From NCBI GenBank assembly GCA_963678305.2, contig CAXXVV010000008.1:34437-98436 (forward strand): a DNA stretch of 64,000 bases. The letters run 5' to 3'. The stretch is from Victivallales bacterium (lineage in GTDB: Bacteria; Verrucomicrobiota; Lentisphaeria; Victivallales; Victivallaceae). Below, piece by piece: positions 19,685-29,020 of this stretch. Below the pieces are notes generated by a model. It was not told where the DNA came from, did not search any database, and saw only the letters and a program-made list of their open reading frames with translations. The stretch's first letter is position 1. Each line of letters starts with the position of its first letter. Both the position numbers and the translations under genes were made by a program.

Positions 19685-20179
19685 ATGAACAAAGTTACGG
19701 TTGAAGAACTCACAATGGAAGCATTCGCACCTTTCGGCTATTTTGACGGATTTATCGATCCGAAGGTTGAAAAGTTCGGAAACCCGCCGATTGAATTCTT
19801 TCGGGACCAGCTCCAAATCCACCTGCCGCCGCGCAACAGCGTTTCATACTCAACCTGCCGCGTGGAACCCAGGCCGTATGTAATCGACGTCACCGAATAC
19901 CATTCGTCAACCGGCGAAGGCAATCTGCCGCTTGACAACGACATCCTGATCCACGTTGCCCCGGCCGTTCCCGGCGGCGATCCGTTCCCTTCCGACCGCG
20001 TCCGGGTTTTCCGGGTGCCTCAAGGCACATTGGTCTACCTAAAACCCGGCGTCTGGCACCACGCCCCATTCACCGCCAACTCAAAACCGGCCAATACCCT
20101 GATCATCCTGCCGGAACGCACCTATGCCGACGACTGCATCGTCGAAGAGCTGCGCAACCCAATAGAAATTGTGTTTTAA
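19685..20179 (+). CDS. Ureidoglycolate lyase (AllA)-family cupin protein
   Basis: ATG at 19685 follows AGGAGA. Blocks EAFAPFGY, YHSSTGE and KPGVWHHAPF parallel AllA (EAFSAYGD, ERHPLGTQ, HRNVWHHPLF). Confidence 0.55.
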   Translation: MNKVTVEELTMEAFAPFGYFDGFIDPKVEKFGNPPIEFFRDQLQIHLPPRNSVSYSTCRVEPRPYVIDVTEYHSSTGEGNLPLDNDILIHVAPAVPGGDPFPSDRVRVFRVPQGTLVYLKPGVWHHAPFTANSKPANTLIILPERTYADDCIVEELRNPIEIVF

Positions 20180-20215
20180 CACAACATCTGAAGCTGATAT
20201 TATATATCCCTGAAT

Positions 20216-21115
20216 TCAGATCGGGGATATGTAATATTGCTTTGAAACCCCCTCGATATCATAATAAAAGAAAAAGGCATTGGCATCCACTTTTTCTATG
20301 ATCCTGATCACGTCAGGTAATTCTTCCTGGGTAACGATTGCCCGCAGGATCTTTACACTGTCTTCTGAAAAACCACCAACCCCATCTTCCCGGGTAAAAG
20401 TTCGATGCGGAAGCTCCGCTCTGATATCAAGCCCGATCCGCTCCGGATTTCTTGTAATTATGTTGACCACGACCAACTTGAATTTGCGATAGAAATTGTT
20501 CAAGGTCTCAGAACTCATGAAAATGTAAATCGTCGTATACATCAACGTGTTAATGACCGGTTCCAGTCGATGGGTCTTGAGAAACGCCAGCAACAGTCCA
20601 AATACAGTAGAGAAGACCGCCGCAATAACCGCGATGTTTCCAACCGGTTTCAGGTATTTCATAGACAGGAACGCGGCTGGAATATCTTCGTCACCTGTCG
20701 ACGCTCCTCGCTTGAAAGCAATTGCTTTAGCCAGCCCGGCGAGTATCCCCCCAAAGATTACTAACATTATCCGTTCATTCTGCGGTTCGGGATTAGCAAA
20801 CTCATATTCAGGTAAAACAGCCAATACCCCTACTACGGTTCCTATGACCAGCAGCGTTCTGAACGCAAAACGAAATCCCAGACGACGAAATGCAAAAATC
20901 AGTAATCCGGTCTGAAAAATCAGATAGAGTACAATGAACAGGGTCTGGTTATTGAAAAAATAGGCCGTGGCAATTGATATTCCTTCCGTTCCAGTCATTA
21001 TCACCTTGGACGGAAAGATGAAATATTTAATAGCAATTGCATAAATCGCTCCGGCAAAGACACAGAAGAAATAAGCACTGGCTTTTTTTAATATATTTTG
21101 ATTCATATATTTCAT
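20216..21115 (-). CDS. YitT-family membrane protein (DUF161 + DUF2179)
   Basis: Five or six TM segments, an MTGTEGIS block, and a C-terminal soluble domain (ITRNPERI...VTQEELPDVIRIIEKVDANAFFFYYDIEGV). Confidence 0.75.
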   Translation of the reverse strand: MKYMNQNILKKASAYFFCVFAGAIYAIAIKYFIFPSKVIMTGTEGISIATAYFFNNQTLFIVLYLIFQTGLLIFAFRRLGFRFAFRTLLVIGTVVGVLAVLPEYEFANPEPQNERIMLVIFGGILAGLAKAIAFKRGASTGDEDIPAAFLSMKYLKPVGNIAVIAAVFSTVFGLLLAFLKTHRLEPVINTLMYTTIYIFMSSETLNNFYRKFKLVVVNIITRNPERIGLDIRAELPHRTFTREDGVGGFSEDSVKILRAIVTQEELPDVIRIIEKVDANAFFFYYDIEGVSKQYYISPI

Positions 21116-21260
21116 AACTGCATTGATTCATTTCATTATTTATTGGATTATGAATCCATTTAACGGTTAAGGACAAATATAATTCTACTGGAGAATTATT
21201 CATCTTTCTTAATAATCAGACTTGGATGTTGTTATATGAACTACCGGATCATCTCCTTTT

Positions 21261-23363
21261 TCAGTGACTTCCGGAATTCTTTGAATATAACTTGTAGAGT
21301 TCACGCTTGGATTCAGATATCTTATCGCGAATGTTGTCAATAAGCTTGTCGGCGACCTCCTCGCCGACTTCACCCTTCATAGACAATTCCTGCAGGGTTT
21401 CAATTTCAGTTCCGTAAAAGGCATGCCTGATAGCGGTATTTTCAATCGCCTCCAGCACTTTATGGTTTTCGAGTTCAAGTTCTTTCAAGTTAGCGGCGGC
21501 GGCAAACTCAAACTGCCGGTAACTTTGCCGACACTGTTCGATGTACTGCGCCTGCTTCGGATACAAATCTTTCAGCGGCAGCAAAGCGTGATCAACATCG
21601 TGTACGGCAATAATGACCGCAATTGCCATCATATAATCCTCAATCGCGTCATTCACCCGACGCTGAAATAAGTATCGACTGTTTGGAAACAGCTTTTTCA
21701 GATACATATTGAGCTTGCGGGACAATTTCATTTCAAGCGGAAAGTCATTCATATTAAAAGTAATTGTCTCACGTTCATTACACTGATCCCGACGCTGGTT
21801 CGCGTGAAACTCAAGTTGCTGGAAAACTTTTTCACCAATAAATCCCTGCTCAAAAAGCTTATAATAAGTTCGCATCTCCACTTTTATAGCTTCATTCATT
21901 ATGAAAAAACTCATCAATTTCCCTGTAAATTCCGGATCTTGACGCAATTGGGCCAGCAGGCGTTCATCCTCCTCGATCTTTTGTTGATATTCCGCCTCAA
22001 AATCAGCAAACAAAACCTCCGGAAGCCTGCCGTCTTTATGGAGGTTTGTAATACTTTCAATCCCGGCCCTGCGGGCTGTAATCATTGCTTTCACCTCAGC
22101 AAACCTGACCATCATGCTCGGACGGTCAAGTTTGAAAAACATCATAAGTTTGCTGATCGTAGTCCCCTGCACCAGCAGAGTAAACATCACAACTCCGAGC
22201 GTCACCTGAACAATCAAATCATTATGCGGCAAGGTACTTGGCAAACTGAAAACCAGCGCCAGAGGAACCGCGCCACGCAAACCGCCCCAGAACATGACCA
22301 TCTGATAACCAAGATCGGTACGATATTCTTTGCGCCACCACCCAAGCAGCGGAATAATCGTAAATATGATAAGCCCCCGCGCAACCTGAATCGCCACAAT
22401 CGCCCAAAAGACCGCAATCAGTACCGGATTCCATGCTTTGACATCCAACAGGACCGAATCCTCCGTAAATCCCAACAGAAGAAAAATAAAACTGTTGGCT
22501 ATAAAAGTCATCAGTGACCAGAATTGTTTCATGTAAGACCGCACTTTCGGAGTAAAACGAGTAGCGCCGTAGTGACTGATGACAATCCCGGCGCCCAACA
22601 CCGACATAACCCCGGAAAACTCGAAAAATCTGTCCGCTATGATAAATGCGGTATAAGCCACAATCGTCGATAACGCTACACCGATCAATGGATCATCACC
22701 AGAGAATAAAATAAGATTCATCATCATATATCCGATCAGCGCTCCAAGAATAAGCCCGCCGAAAAAAACCACGCAGAATTCAATGCTTCCAGAAGCCAGC
22801 GTCATCATGGAGACCACCGCTCCGGTCATCACAATTTTTGAAATAATCCCGAATACTACAATCGCGGTCGCATCATTGAACAGGCTCTCCCCGTCAACCA
22901 GAATCCGCAACCTCAACGGCGCCCCGACAATCTCAAATAGAGAAATTACCGCCACCGGGTCCGTCGCTGAAATCAAAGCCCCGAACATCATTGCCTCCCC
23001 CATCGAGAGCGGCGTCAACCAGGCCATAATCAGTCCGACAACTACCGTGGATATGACCAGGCCAGGAGCGGCCAATGCCATTACCGGAAGCAGACTTTTC
23101 TTCAGCATTCGCGTATTTATATTGACCGATGCGTCAAAAATCAAGGTCGGTAACAGGATGTAGAGAATCACGTCATGATTCAGCCGCAGCTTTCTGACCC
23201 CCTCCAATCCCGGAACCCGGGTACACAACCAGGCAAAGAGAAACCCGATAATCACCAGGCCGATTGTGTACGGGAATTTTACCTTTTTCAATAAAATAGC
23301 GGAAACTGTTGCCAGCAGCAACAGCAAAACCAGGCCAAGAACAAATGCCGGAATCGGAATCAT
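21261..23363 (-). CDS. Na+/H+ antiporter, CPA1 (NhaP-type), with a roughly 290-aa cytoplasmic C-terminal helical domain
   Basis: 700 aa. The membrane part carries FGALISATDPVAV and LVDGESLFNDATAIV (CPA1 signatures). The start overlaps the znuB stop by 4 nt. Confidence 0.85.
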   Translation of the reverse strand: MIPIPAFVLGLVLLLLLATVSAILLKKVKFPYTIGLVIIGFLFAWLCTRVPGLEGVRKLRLNHDVILYILLPTLIFDASVNINTRMLKKSLLPVMALAAPGLVISTVVVGLIMAWLTPLSMGEAMMFGALISATDPVAVISLFEIVGAPLRLRILVDGESLFNDATAIVVFGIISKIVMTGAVVSMMTLASGSIEFCVVFFGGLILGALIGYMMMNLILFSGDDPLIGVALSTIVAYTAFIIADRFFEFSGVMSVLGAGIVISHYGATRFTPKVRSYMKQFWSLMTFIANSFIFLLLGFTEDSVLLDVKAWNPVLIAVFWAIVAIQVARGLIIFTIIPLLGWWRKEYRTDLGYQMVMFWGGLRGAVPLALVFSLPSTLPHNDLIVQVTLGVVMFTLLVQGTTISKLMMFFKLDRPSMMVRFAEVKAMITARRAGIESITNLHKDGRLPEVLFADFEAEYQQKIEEDERLLAQLRQDPEFTGKLMSFFIMNEAIKVEMRTYYKLFEQGFIGEKVFQQLEFHANQRRDQCNERETITFNMNDFPLEMKLSRKLNMYLKKLFPNSRYLFQRRVNDAIEDYMMAIAVIIAVHDVDHALLPLKDLYPKQAQYIEQCRQSYRQFEFAAAANLKELELENHKVLEAIENTAIRHAFYGTEIETLQELSMKGEVGEEVADKLIDNIRDKISESKRELYKLYSKNSGSH

Positions 23364-24211
23364 TCTGTCTCTCTAAAGTTCTTTTTTGCAATAAATAAAC
23401 TGATCACATATAACATACCGGCTATCATAACAATAACCGGACCACTTGGCAAATTCATTTTATAACTCAAAAACAAGCCGGATATGGACGAAAGCATACT
23501 CAAAAGCGACGCCAGTATCATCATACTCCAGAGCCGCTCAGTAAACCGGCCGGCAGTAGCGGCAGGCAGCGTCAGCAGCGCTATGACCATAATGATGCCG
23601 ACAACATTAACCATCAGAACCACCGTCAATGAAACCAGACACAGCAGCAATAAATAATAAAAATCTGAATTAACACCCCTCAACCAGGCAAAACGACTGT
23701 CAAAACAAACCGCAACAAAATTATTGTAAAACAGAACAGACAACGTTACAACAATTATATCGAGGGCAAGAGTGATAATGAATTCAGTCCTTGAAACCAA
23801 CAGAATGTTACCAAACAAATAACTTTCCAGATTGACATATCCCGGCGTATTGGCAATAAACAACAAACCTGTCGCCATACCTATCGCCCAAATCGCACCG
23901 ATAACCGTATCTTCGCGTTGCTTCGCCTTCAAATGAACCAGACCGATAATTATCGCCGCCGTCAACGCCGCTATGGTCGCTCCGATAATAGGGTGACACC
24001 AGTGCCAATTCAACTTGGCCCGGAAAAACAATGCCGCGCCGATTCCGCCCAACACACAATGCGCCACCGCTCCGGCCAGTGATGAAATACGTCGGGTCAC
24101 CACATACGCTCCTGTTACCCCGAAAGCAACACTGCCGATAATCCCGATCAGCAAGGCATACAATAAAAAAGACATTCCAGGGGAAGTGATAGCACTGAAA
24201 AAATCACCCAT
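23360..24211 (-). CDS. znuB: Metal (Zn/Mn) ABC transporter permease
   Basis: 283 aa with 8-9 TM helices, ABC-3 family appearance. It lies between a ZnuC-like ATPase and the antiporter. Confidence 0.8.
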   Translation of the reverse strand: MGDFFSAITSPGMSFLLYALLIGIIGSVAFGVTGAYVVTRRISSLAGAVAHCVLGGIGAALFFRAKLNWHWCHPIIGATIAALTAAIIIGLVHLKAKQREDTVIGAIWAIGMATGLLFIANTPGYVNLESYLFGNILLVSRTEFIITLALDIIVVTLSVLFYNNFVAVCFDSRFAWLRGVNSDFYYLLLLCLVSLTVVLMVNVVGIIMVIALLTLPAATAGRFTERLWSMMILASLLSMLSSISGLFLSYKMNLPSGPVIVMIAGMLYVISLFIAKKNFRETE

Positions 24212-24965
24212 GTGTGTGCCCCCTCTCAGAACAATTATGGTTATGATGAATCAAACTTACATCATAGCCATACATTTCAGAAACCATGTCTCCTGAAAGC
24301 TGACTTACGGGATGGACATGCACCGTTTTGTTAACACATGCTACCGTGTTTATATTATTGGAAACAAAACCCAAATCATGTGATACTATTATCAATGTCA
24401 TTTTCTTATTTAACGTTTCAAGAATATCATAAAATTTTTCTTGAGCCCCTGGATCAACATTTGCGGTCGGTTCATCAAGCAGCAATACCTTGGGATCACC
24501 GGCCAAAGCCCGGGCGATCAATACCCGCTGCCGCTGTCCCCCCGACATATCGGCAAAACGTCTTCCGGCTAAATCAGCCACACTCATTTCCTCCAATGCC
24601 GCCATCGCTGCAACACGGTCTTTTCTGGAATAACGCCCCCAGAACTTTTCATGCAAACGTCCCATAAGAACGACATCAAGTGCCGATATCGGGAAATCCT
24701 GATCCAGATTATAATATTGCGGCATGTAACCAATCAGGTTACGACTGATCCGTGGTTCATAGCCGTTTACCGTAATCGTTCCTTTAGAAGGGCTCAACAG
24801 GCCGAGAATCAATTTCAACAAGGTGGTTTTACCACCGCCATTAGGCCCGATCATACAGACGGACTCATATTCATCAATACTTAAATTAACATCTCTAAGT
24901 ACCGGAACAGTATTACCCGGATAGGCAAAGCTTAAGTTATTGATTTCGATAATAGGGGCAGTCAT
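24204..24965 (-). CDS. znuC: Metal (Zn/Mn) ABC transporter ATP-binding protein
   Basis: Walker A GPNGGGKTT, signature MSGGQRQRVLIARAL, Walker B LLLDEPTANVD. Confidence 0.9.
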   Translation of the reverse strand: MTAPIIEINNLSFAYPGNTVPVLRDVNLSIDEYESVCMIGPNGGGKTTLLKLILGLLSPSKGTITVNGYEPRISRNLIGYMPQYYNLDQDFPISALDVVLMGRLHEKFWGRYSRKDRVAAMAALEEMSVADLAGRRFADMSGGQRQRVLIARALAGDPKVLLLDEPTANVDPGAQEKFYDILETLNKKMTLIIVSHDLGFVSNNINTVACVNKTVHVHPVSQLSGDMVSEMYGYDVSLIHHNHNCSERGHTHG

Positions 24966-25936
24966 TTTGCCCGGTCTCCCGCAGTACCTTCAGCAAGCGC
25001 TGCGGCAAAACGATGATAAAAATCAACCAGATTATCCGTTAGAGGATCCAGCTCCATAACTTTGGCATCAAGCGCTCTGGCTATAACATCGGCACTGCGT
25101 TGGTTGAACTGAGGTTGAACCAGAATAATCCTGACCTTATCTTTACGGGCAGCGGCGATCATTTCGTTCAAATGCTTAGGAGTCGGACTTTTTCCCTCGA
25201 TCTCCACCGCTTCCTGCTTCATTTTATAAGCGTCGGCAAAATATCCGAACGCGGGATGATATACATAAAAAACCTCGCCTTTATATGGTTCCAGAATTTT
25301 TTTCAACCCGGCGTTCAACGCCTTGAATTGCTTCTCAAACTTCTGGTAATCCTGCTGAAAGTAAGCTGCATCGGCAGGATAAAGTTTACTCAATGCGTCA
25401 GCGGCATTTTTTGCAATTTTTATATCATTTTCAGGAGATAACCAAATGTGAGGATCAAGATTTTCAGTCGGTTTATCTGCGCCGTGACCATGGTCGTGAT
25501 CACACTCGCTATTATGTTTATGATGATCATGTTCATGTTCCTGGTCAATTTTCCGGCGGATAATTCCGGTACTTATATTTATTATCCTGGATTTATCGGA
25601 ACTGAACATCGGTTCAATTACTTGCTTTTCAAATGGCAAACCTATAGTCATATAAGCGCTGCATGATTGCAGTTGAGCTATTTGACGCGGAGCCGGGGTA
25701 TAGTCGTGAGGAGAATGCCCCTTGGTGATCATCGTTGTAACGATGACTTTATCTCCCGCTATGGCCTTGACGATATATGCCACCGGAGGAATACTGACAA
25801 AGATCTCGCGTTTTTTCGTTTCAGCTCCGCTATCATCAGAACAAGAACTGAAAATCAGACCACAAAATAAGCTTAAAACCACAATAACAGCTTTATTTAT
25901 CATTTTTGGAAGCATCCCTAACCTTATTATAAACAA
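24962..25936 (-). CDS. znuA: Metal ABC transporter substrate-binding lipoprotein with a His/Asp-rich loop (ZnuA-like)
   Basis: Lipobox ...LIFSSC. The cluster-9 SBP fold blocks and the loop DQEHEHDHHKHNSECDHDHGHG are typical of zinc-specific ZnuA. Confidence 0.85.
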   Translation of the reverse strand: MFIIRLGMLPKMINKAVIVVLSLFCGLIFSSCSDDSGAETKKREIFVSIPPVAYIVKAIAGDKVIVTTMITKGHSPHDYTPAPRQIAQLQSCSAYMTIGLPFEKQVIEPMFSSDKSRIINISTGIIRRKIDQEHEHDHHKHNSECDHDHGHGADKPTENLDPHIWLSPENDIKIAKNAADALSKLYPADAAYFQQDYQKFEKQFKALNAGLKKILEPYKGEVFYVYHPAFGYFADAYKMKQEAVEIEGKSPTPKHLNEMIAAARKDKVRIILVQPQFNQRSADVIARALDAKVMELDPLTDNLVDFYHRFAAALAEGTAGDRAK

Positions 25937-25963
25937 AACAACAACGATGAATGAATTTAAATA

Positions 25964-25980
25964 GATAATAATATCATATC
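25964..25980. promoter_or_regulatory. Fur-family (Zur-like) operator candidate upstream of znuA
   Basis: GATAATAATATCATATC lies 28-44 nt upstream of the znuA start. It resembles the Fur-box GATAATGATAATCATTATC and has palindromic GATA...TATC ends. Confidence 0.4.
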
Positions 25981-26044
25981 CTTACAAAGTCAAGTTTTGT
26001 AGACTCTGAAAATAGTCTTTTTATACGATTGAAAAAAACCTCAA

Positions 26045-27028
26045 TCAAGTCTGTAATTTTCGAAAGCAGTAGATCACGGCTCCGGCGGGGCCGAGGCCGC
26101 GGCTTAATTGTTTTTTATTGATTCGAGCGGGATTGTCGAATTTTGCGCCCATTTCACGGATGAATAATTTGGAGCCTAATATCGCTCCGTCGCTGAAGTG
26201 GCGGGTGCGTCGCAGAAAACGGATCGGCATCGATTCTTTGCGTTTGGCTTGTTCTTGCGCCTCGAATATCTCCTCGCTGGTGGCTCCGCTTTCCGCCGCG
26301 ACGATTCGCGCCAGTTCACTGCGGAAATAGTTGAATAGATCGTTGTCGGTCCATTCCGAGGTGTCGCGATGCCAGATGTTTTGTTTGAGATGTTTGACGA
26401 AATTCGTATGAAAAAGGTGTTTGCCGGTGCCGTTGTAGCGGCCCCAGGTCGTGAAATGGTAGTCGGCCGGATCGGGGGTCAGGCCGGCGCGGACGGGGTT
26501 TAATTCTACATATAAAACGCACGCTTCCAAGGAGTTGCGACTGTCGAGGATGACGCTTTTGAATTTATTGGCCCAGAGTTTGCCGATGCGGTCGCGGGAT
26601 TGGTTGTAGACGACGGTGAAACGTTGTTGGAAGGCGCGCATAAAGTAGCTGATGTCGATCATTTTCAGGCCGGTTTCGCGGCATATTTCCAAGTCGGCCG
26701 GGTTGATTTTTGGCATTTGTTTCGGCGCGTAGGTAAATTTATCCAACATGCTGCTATAGTAGGAGTTGTGGCGTTTGGCAATATCCTCGATCGACGGCAA
26801 TTCATCCGGCCCGGGAGCGTAAACGACCAGATGAAAGTGGTTGCCCATCCAGGCGGCTGAGATGACCTCGATCAGAAAATATTCGCAAAGGTTTTGCAGC
26901 AATCGGAAGCCGTACTCCGTATCGACCTGGTGGAACGGGCGTTCGCCTTTGCAGCCGGCGGCCCGGTTCATCAGGTGGTAGTAGCAGCCTTCGCCTGTAA
27001 CTTTCATGCGCGTTCCGCGGCCTGACAT
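26045..27028 (-). CDS. IS200/IS605-like HUH (Y1) transposase homologue, RayT-like, with an extended C-terminus
   Basis: The start at 27028 has GGAGG upstream. YHLMNRA, the HUH motif GNHFHLVVYA, and YVELNPVRAGL (catalytic-Tyr helix region) are present. 327 aa from that start. Confidence 0.7.
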   Translation of the reverse strand: MSGRGTRMKVTGEGCYYHLMNRAAGCKGERPFHQVDTEYGFRLLQNLCEYFLIEVISAAWMGNHFHLVVYAPGPDELPSIEDIAKRHNSYYSSMLDKFTYAPKQMPKINPADLEICRETGLKMIDISYFMRAFQQRFTVVYNQSRDRIGKLWANKFKSVILDSRNSLEACVLYVELNPVRAGLTPDPADYHFTTWGRYNGTGKHLFHTNFVKHLKQNIWHRDTSEWTDNDLFNYFRSELARIVAAESGATSEEIFEAQEQAKRKESMPIRFLRRTRHFSDGAILGSKLFIREMGAKFDNPARINKKQLSRGLGPAGAVIYCFRKLQT

Positions 27029-27149
27029 GATTTTTCCTCCTTGGTTGACGAGTTTACAGTTAATATAGTGGGTGGAAACGGGTTTGTCAAATTTAAGCAT
27101 TATGTGATTTTATAAAAAAAAACATAAAATTTGTAATAAACGACTTACA

Positions 27150-27992
27150 TTAAAATTCATTTAATAGAAAGTTTATAACTCCATCGTCTAAATTGGAATT
27201 TATTGTTAGATCTGCTTGGGATAATAATTCTGGAACTGCATTTGCAACTGCTACGGATTTACCAGCAATATTAAACATCGAAATATCATTCAACTGATCT
27301 CCAAAAACTACAATATCTACAGCAGGAATAGAAAACATTTCTGATAGTTTCTTTAAAGCATGACCTTTCGTCGCATTAGGATGTTGAACAGTTAGCCAAT
27401 ACCATGGACGGAAATACCATTCCTCAAAAATTTGACATCTGCAAGCTTCCCCAAGCTGTCTTGTTATCTCATCCTTAACCTCAGTGACTAACTCCAGTCT
27501 GGCAATAAAAGCACAACTGACAATTTCCATGTCCAGCGCAGACGCGGGATCATCGACTTCTCTTAATCGCTTATCTCCTGCATCACGGCGGGCGTTTAAA
27601 TAGAACTCATACGCAGGATTGACCGGTGGAGGAACAAACATATGATGCGTCTTTTCATTATATGCGGCAATATTTGGCGGCAAACCAAAACTTTTACCTA
27701 TATCGATAACCGTAGCGGCAATGTCACAAGGTAATAGTTGCTCGTCATAATGGTTCCCGGTATGATAATCGCTTATAAACGAACCGTTCAATTCGATAAT
27801 CGGCAGCCGGAATGGCATTTCCCCAATGATCTCCCTGGCGGAATAAAGACTTCTGGCTGTTGCAAATGTAAATGGAAAATCAGCTTCAAGTAAATTAAAC
27901 AAGTTCCTGCGAGTAAACTCGGAAAGGTCGGGACGATTATCAAACAAAGTCCCATCAAGGTCCGATACATATAATTTTTTATAAATTGTCAT
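27150..27992 (-). CDS. Cof-type HAD-IIB family hydrolase (sugar phosphatase-like)
   Basis: Motif I VSDLDGTLF, motif II TFATARS, motif IV VVFGDQLNDISMF. Confidence 0.8.
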   Translation of the reverse strand: MTIYKKLYVSDLDGTLFDNRPDLSEFTRRNLFNLLEADFPFTFATARSLYSAREIIGEMPFRLPIIELNGSFISDYHTGNHYDEQLLPCDIAATVIDIGKSFGLPPNIAAYNEKTHHMFVPPPVNPAYEFYLNARRDAGDKRLREVDDPASALDMEIVSCAFIARLELVTEVKDEITRQLGEACRCQIFEEWYFRPWYWLTVQHPNATKGHALKKLSEMFSIPAVDIVVFGDQLNDISMFNIAGKSVAVANAVPELLSQADLTINSNLDDGVINFLLNEF

Positions 27993-28432
27993 CTGGAAGA
28001 CTCTTCTTTAATATTTCGGGTATAATTCTTAAATGCCTTAACTGACGATGACAAGTCCATCTTAGACTCGCGACCCGGTTGTATATTTGCGTCATTCGGT
28101 TCGAGAGTCGTTGAAGAAGTAATAGTCAAAGATAAATTTTTCCCGCTACTAATTTTTTTGACATCTTTCTTCGGCCTGGTATCGGCAGTAAACGATTTTA
28201 TTGGTTCCTCAAGTTTGCCGGAAGGATTATCGGCAATACTCCTGCGTTGATTTAATCGGGTTACGCGCGATGATCGGGATATTCTTGTGACCGGAATACG
28301 AGATGCGGTCTGTGCCCTTTTTGCAGTTCTGTTTGACAGAACAGAACGTTCATAGTAAAGTCCGCCCACTATAATTATACAAGTCAGAAGAATCATCGTT
28401 CTGTTAATTTTTTCTTCCGACAACATTAGCAT
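27989..28432 (-). CDS. Hypothetical membrane-anchored Ser/Thr/Arg/Lys-rich protein
   Basis: 147 aa with one N-terminal TM (MILLTCIIIVGGLYY) and a low-complexity tail. A 4-nt overlap with the HAD gene suggests co-translation. Confidence 0.45.
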   Translation of the reverse strand: MLMLSEEKINRTMILLTCIIIVGGLYYERSVLSNRTAKRAQTASRIPVTRISRSSRVTRLNQRRSIADNPSGKLEEPIKSFTADTRPKKDVKKISSGKNLSLTITSSTTLEPNDANIQPGRESKMDLSSSVKAFKNYTRNIKEESSR

Positions 28433-28589
28433 TTATCCTCAAAATTAATAATCAGCCCGTTTCCGCTGCAGTTAAAATCTCTACATTTGAATATAATTGT
28501 CCTGCACAAAAAAACAAGTTTGATAACAGGTCAAAGAGAGTTTAGACCGCGAAAATGCAAAGTATTGTAATCTCCGGCCAATTGGGGTC

Positions 28590-28618
28590 TTGATTAATTA
28601 TGGTTTTAGTGCTATAAT
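28590..28618 (+). promoter_or_regulatory. rnpB promoter (TTGATT-17-TATAAT)
   Basis: Hexamers at 28590-28595 and 28613-28618. The predicted start, about 7 nt downstream, coincides with the 5' strand of helix P1. Confidence 0.6.
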
Positions 28619-28624
28619 AATACG

Positions 28625-28975
28625 GTATGCGGTGACAGTAGGCAGTCGCCCCGTTCTACGGGGAGGAAAGTCCGGACTGTACAGAGCAGGAAGTCCTTTT
28701 GTTAAAGAAGGATACCGTGAAATAATGTCACGGGAAGGAAAGTGCCACAGAAAATATACCGCCTCATTCGAGGTAAGGGTGAAAAGGTGGAGTAAGAGCC
28801 CACCGGGCGTCAGCGAGAGCAGCGCCGCATGGTAAACCCCTTCCGCAGCAAGACCAAATAGGGGGCGATGTTGTTGCTCGCAGCGCTTGAGTCCCGGGTA
28901 CTGGTCGCTTAGACAGATGATTGCCGTCTCTCTCGGAGAGAACACAGAATCCGGCTTATTCTGTCATCGTATTTT
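28625..28975 (+). ncRNA. rnpB: RNase P RNA, bacterial type A
   Basis: Universally conserved GAGGAAAGTCCGGAC (P4 5' strand) near 28664-28678 and ACAGAATCCGGCTTA near the 3' end. A 12-bp P1 helix forms between 28627-28638 and 28961-28972. The ends are approximate, within a few nt. Confidence 0.9.
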
Positions 28976-29020
28976 GAGTTTATTGTAGTAAATAATAGAT
29001 GGTTTGAATCAGGAGAGCCA

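Noticed and set aside
21804-22517. Long antisense ORFs opposite confident genes: 237 aa opposite the antiporter, 235 aa at 52108-52815 opposite iclR, 184 aa at 14931-15485, 170 aa at 54154-54666, and 175 aa at 50336-50863.
   Set aside because: Each is fully contained in a gene with strong family motifs on the other strand. None has an RBS or a recognisable domain.
26007-26026. A GTAG-prefixed hairpin next to the RayT-like gene, considered as a REP element.
   Set aside because: It is a single copy with only a 5-bp stem, which is insufficient to call a REP. I mention it under the transposase finding only as something to count genome-wide.
28590-28945. 81-aa (+) and 115-aa (-) ORFs between the hypothetical gene and apt.
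   Set aside because: The region is RNase P RNA, with conserved P4 and 3' motifs, a P1 helix and its own promoter. The ORFs are artefacts.
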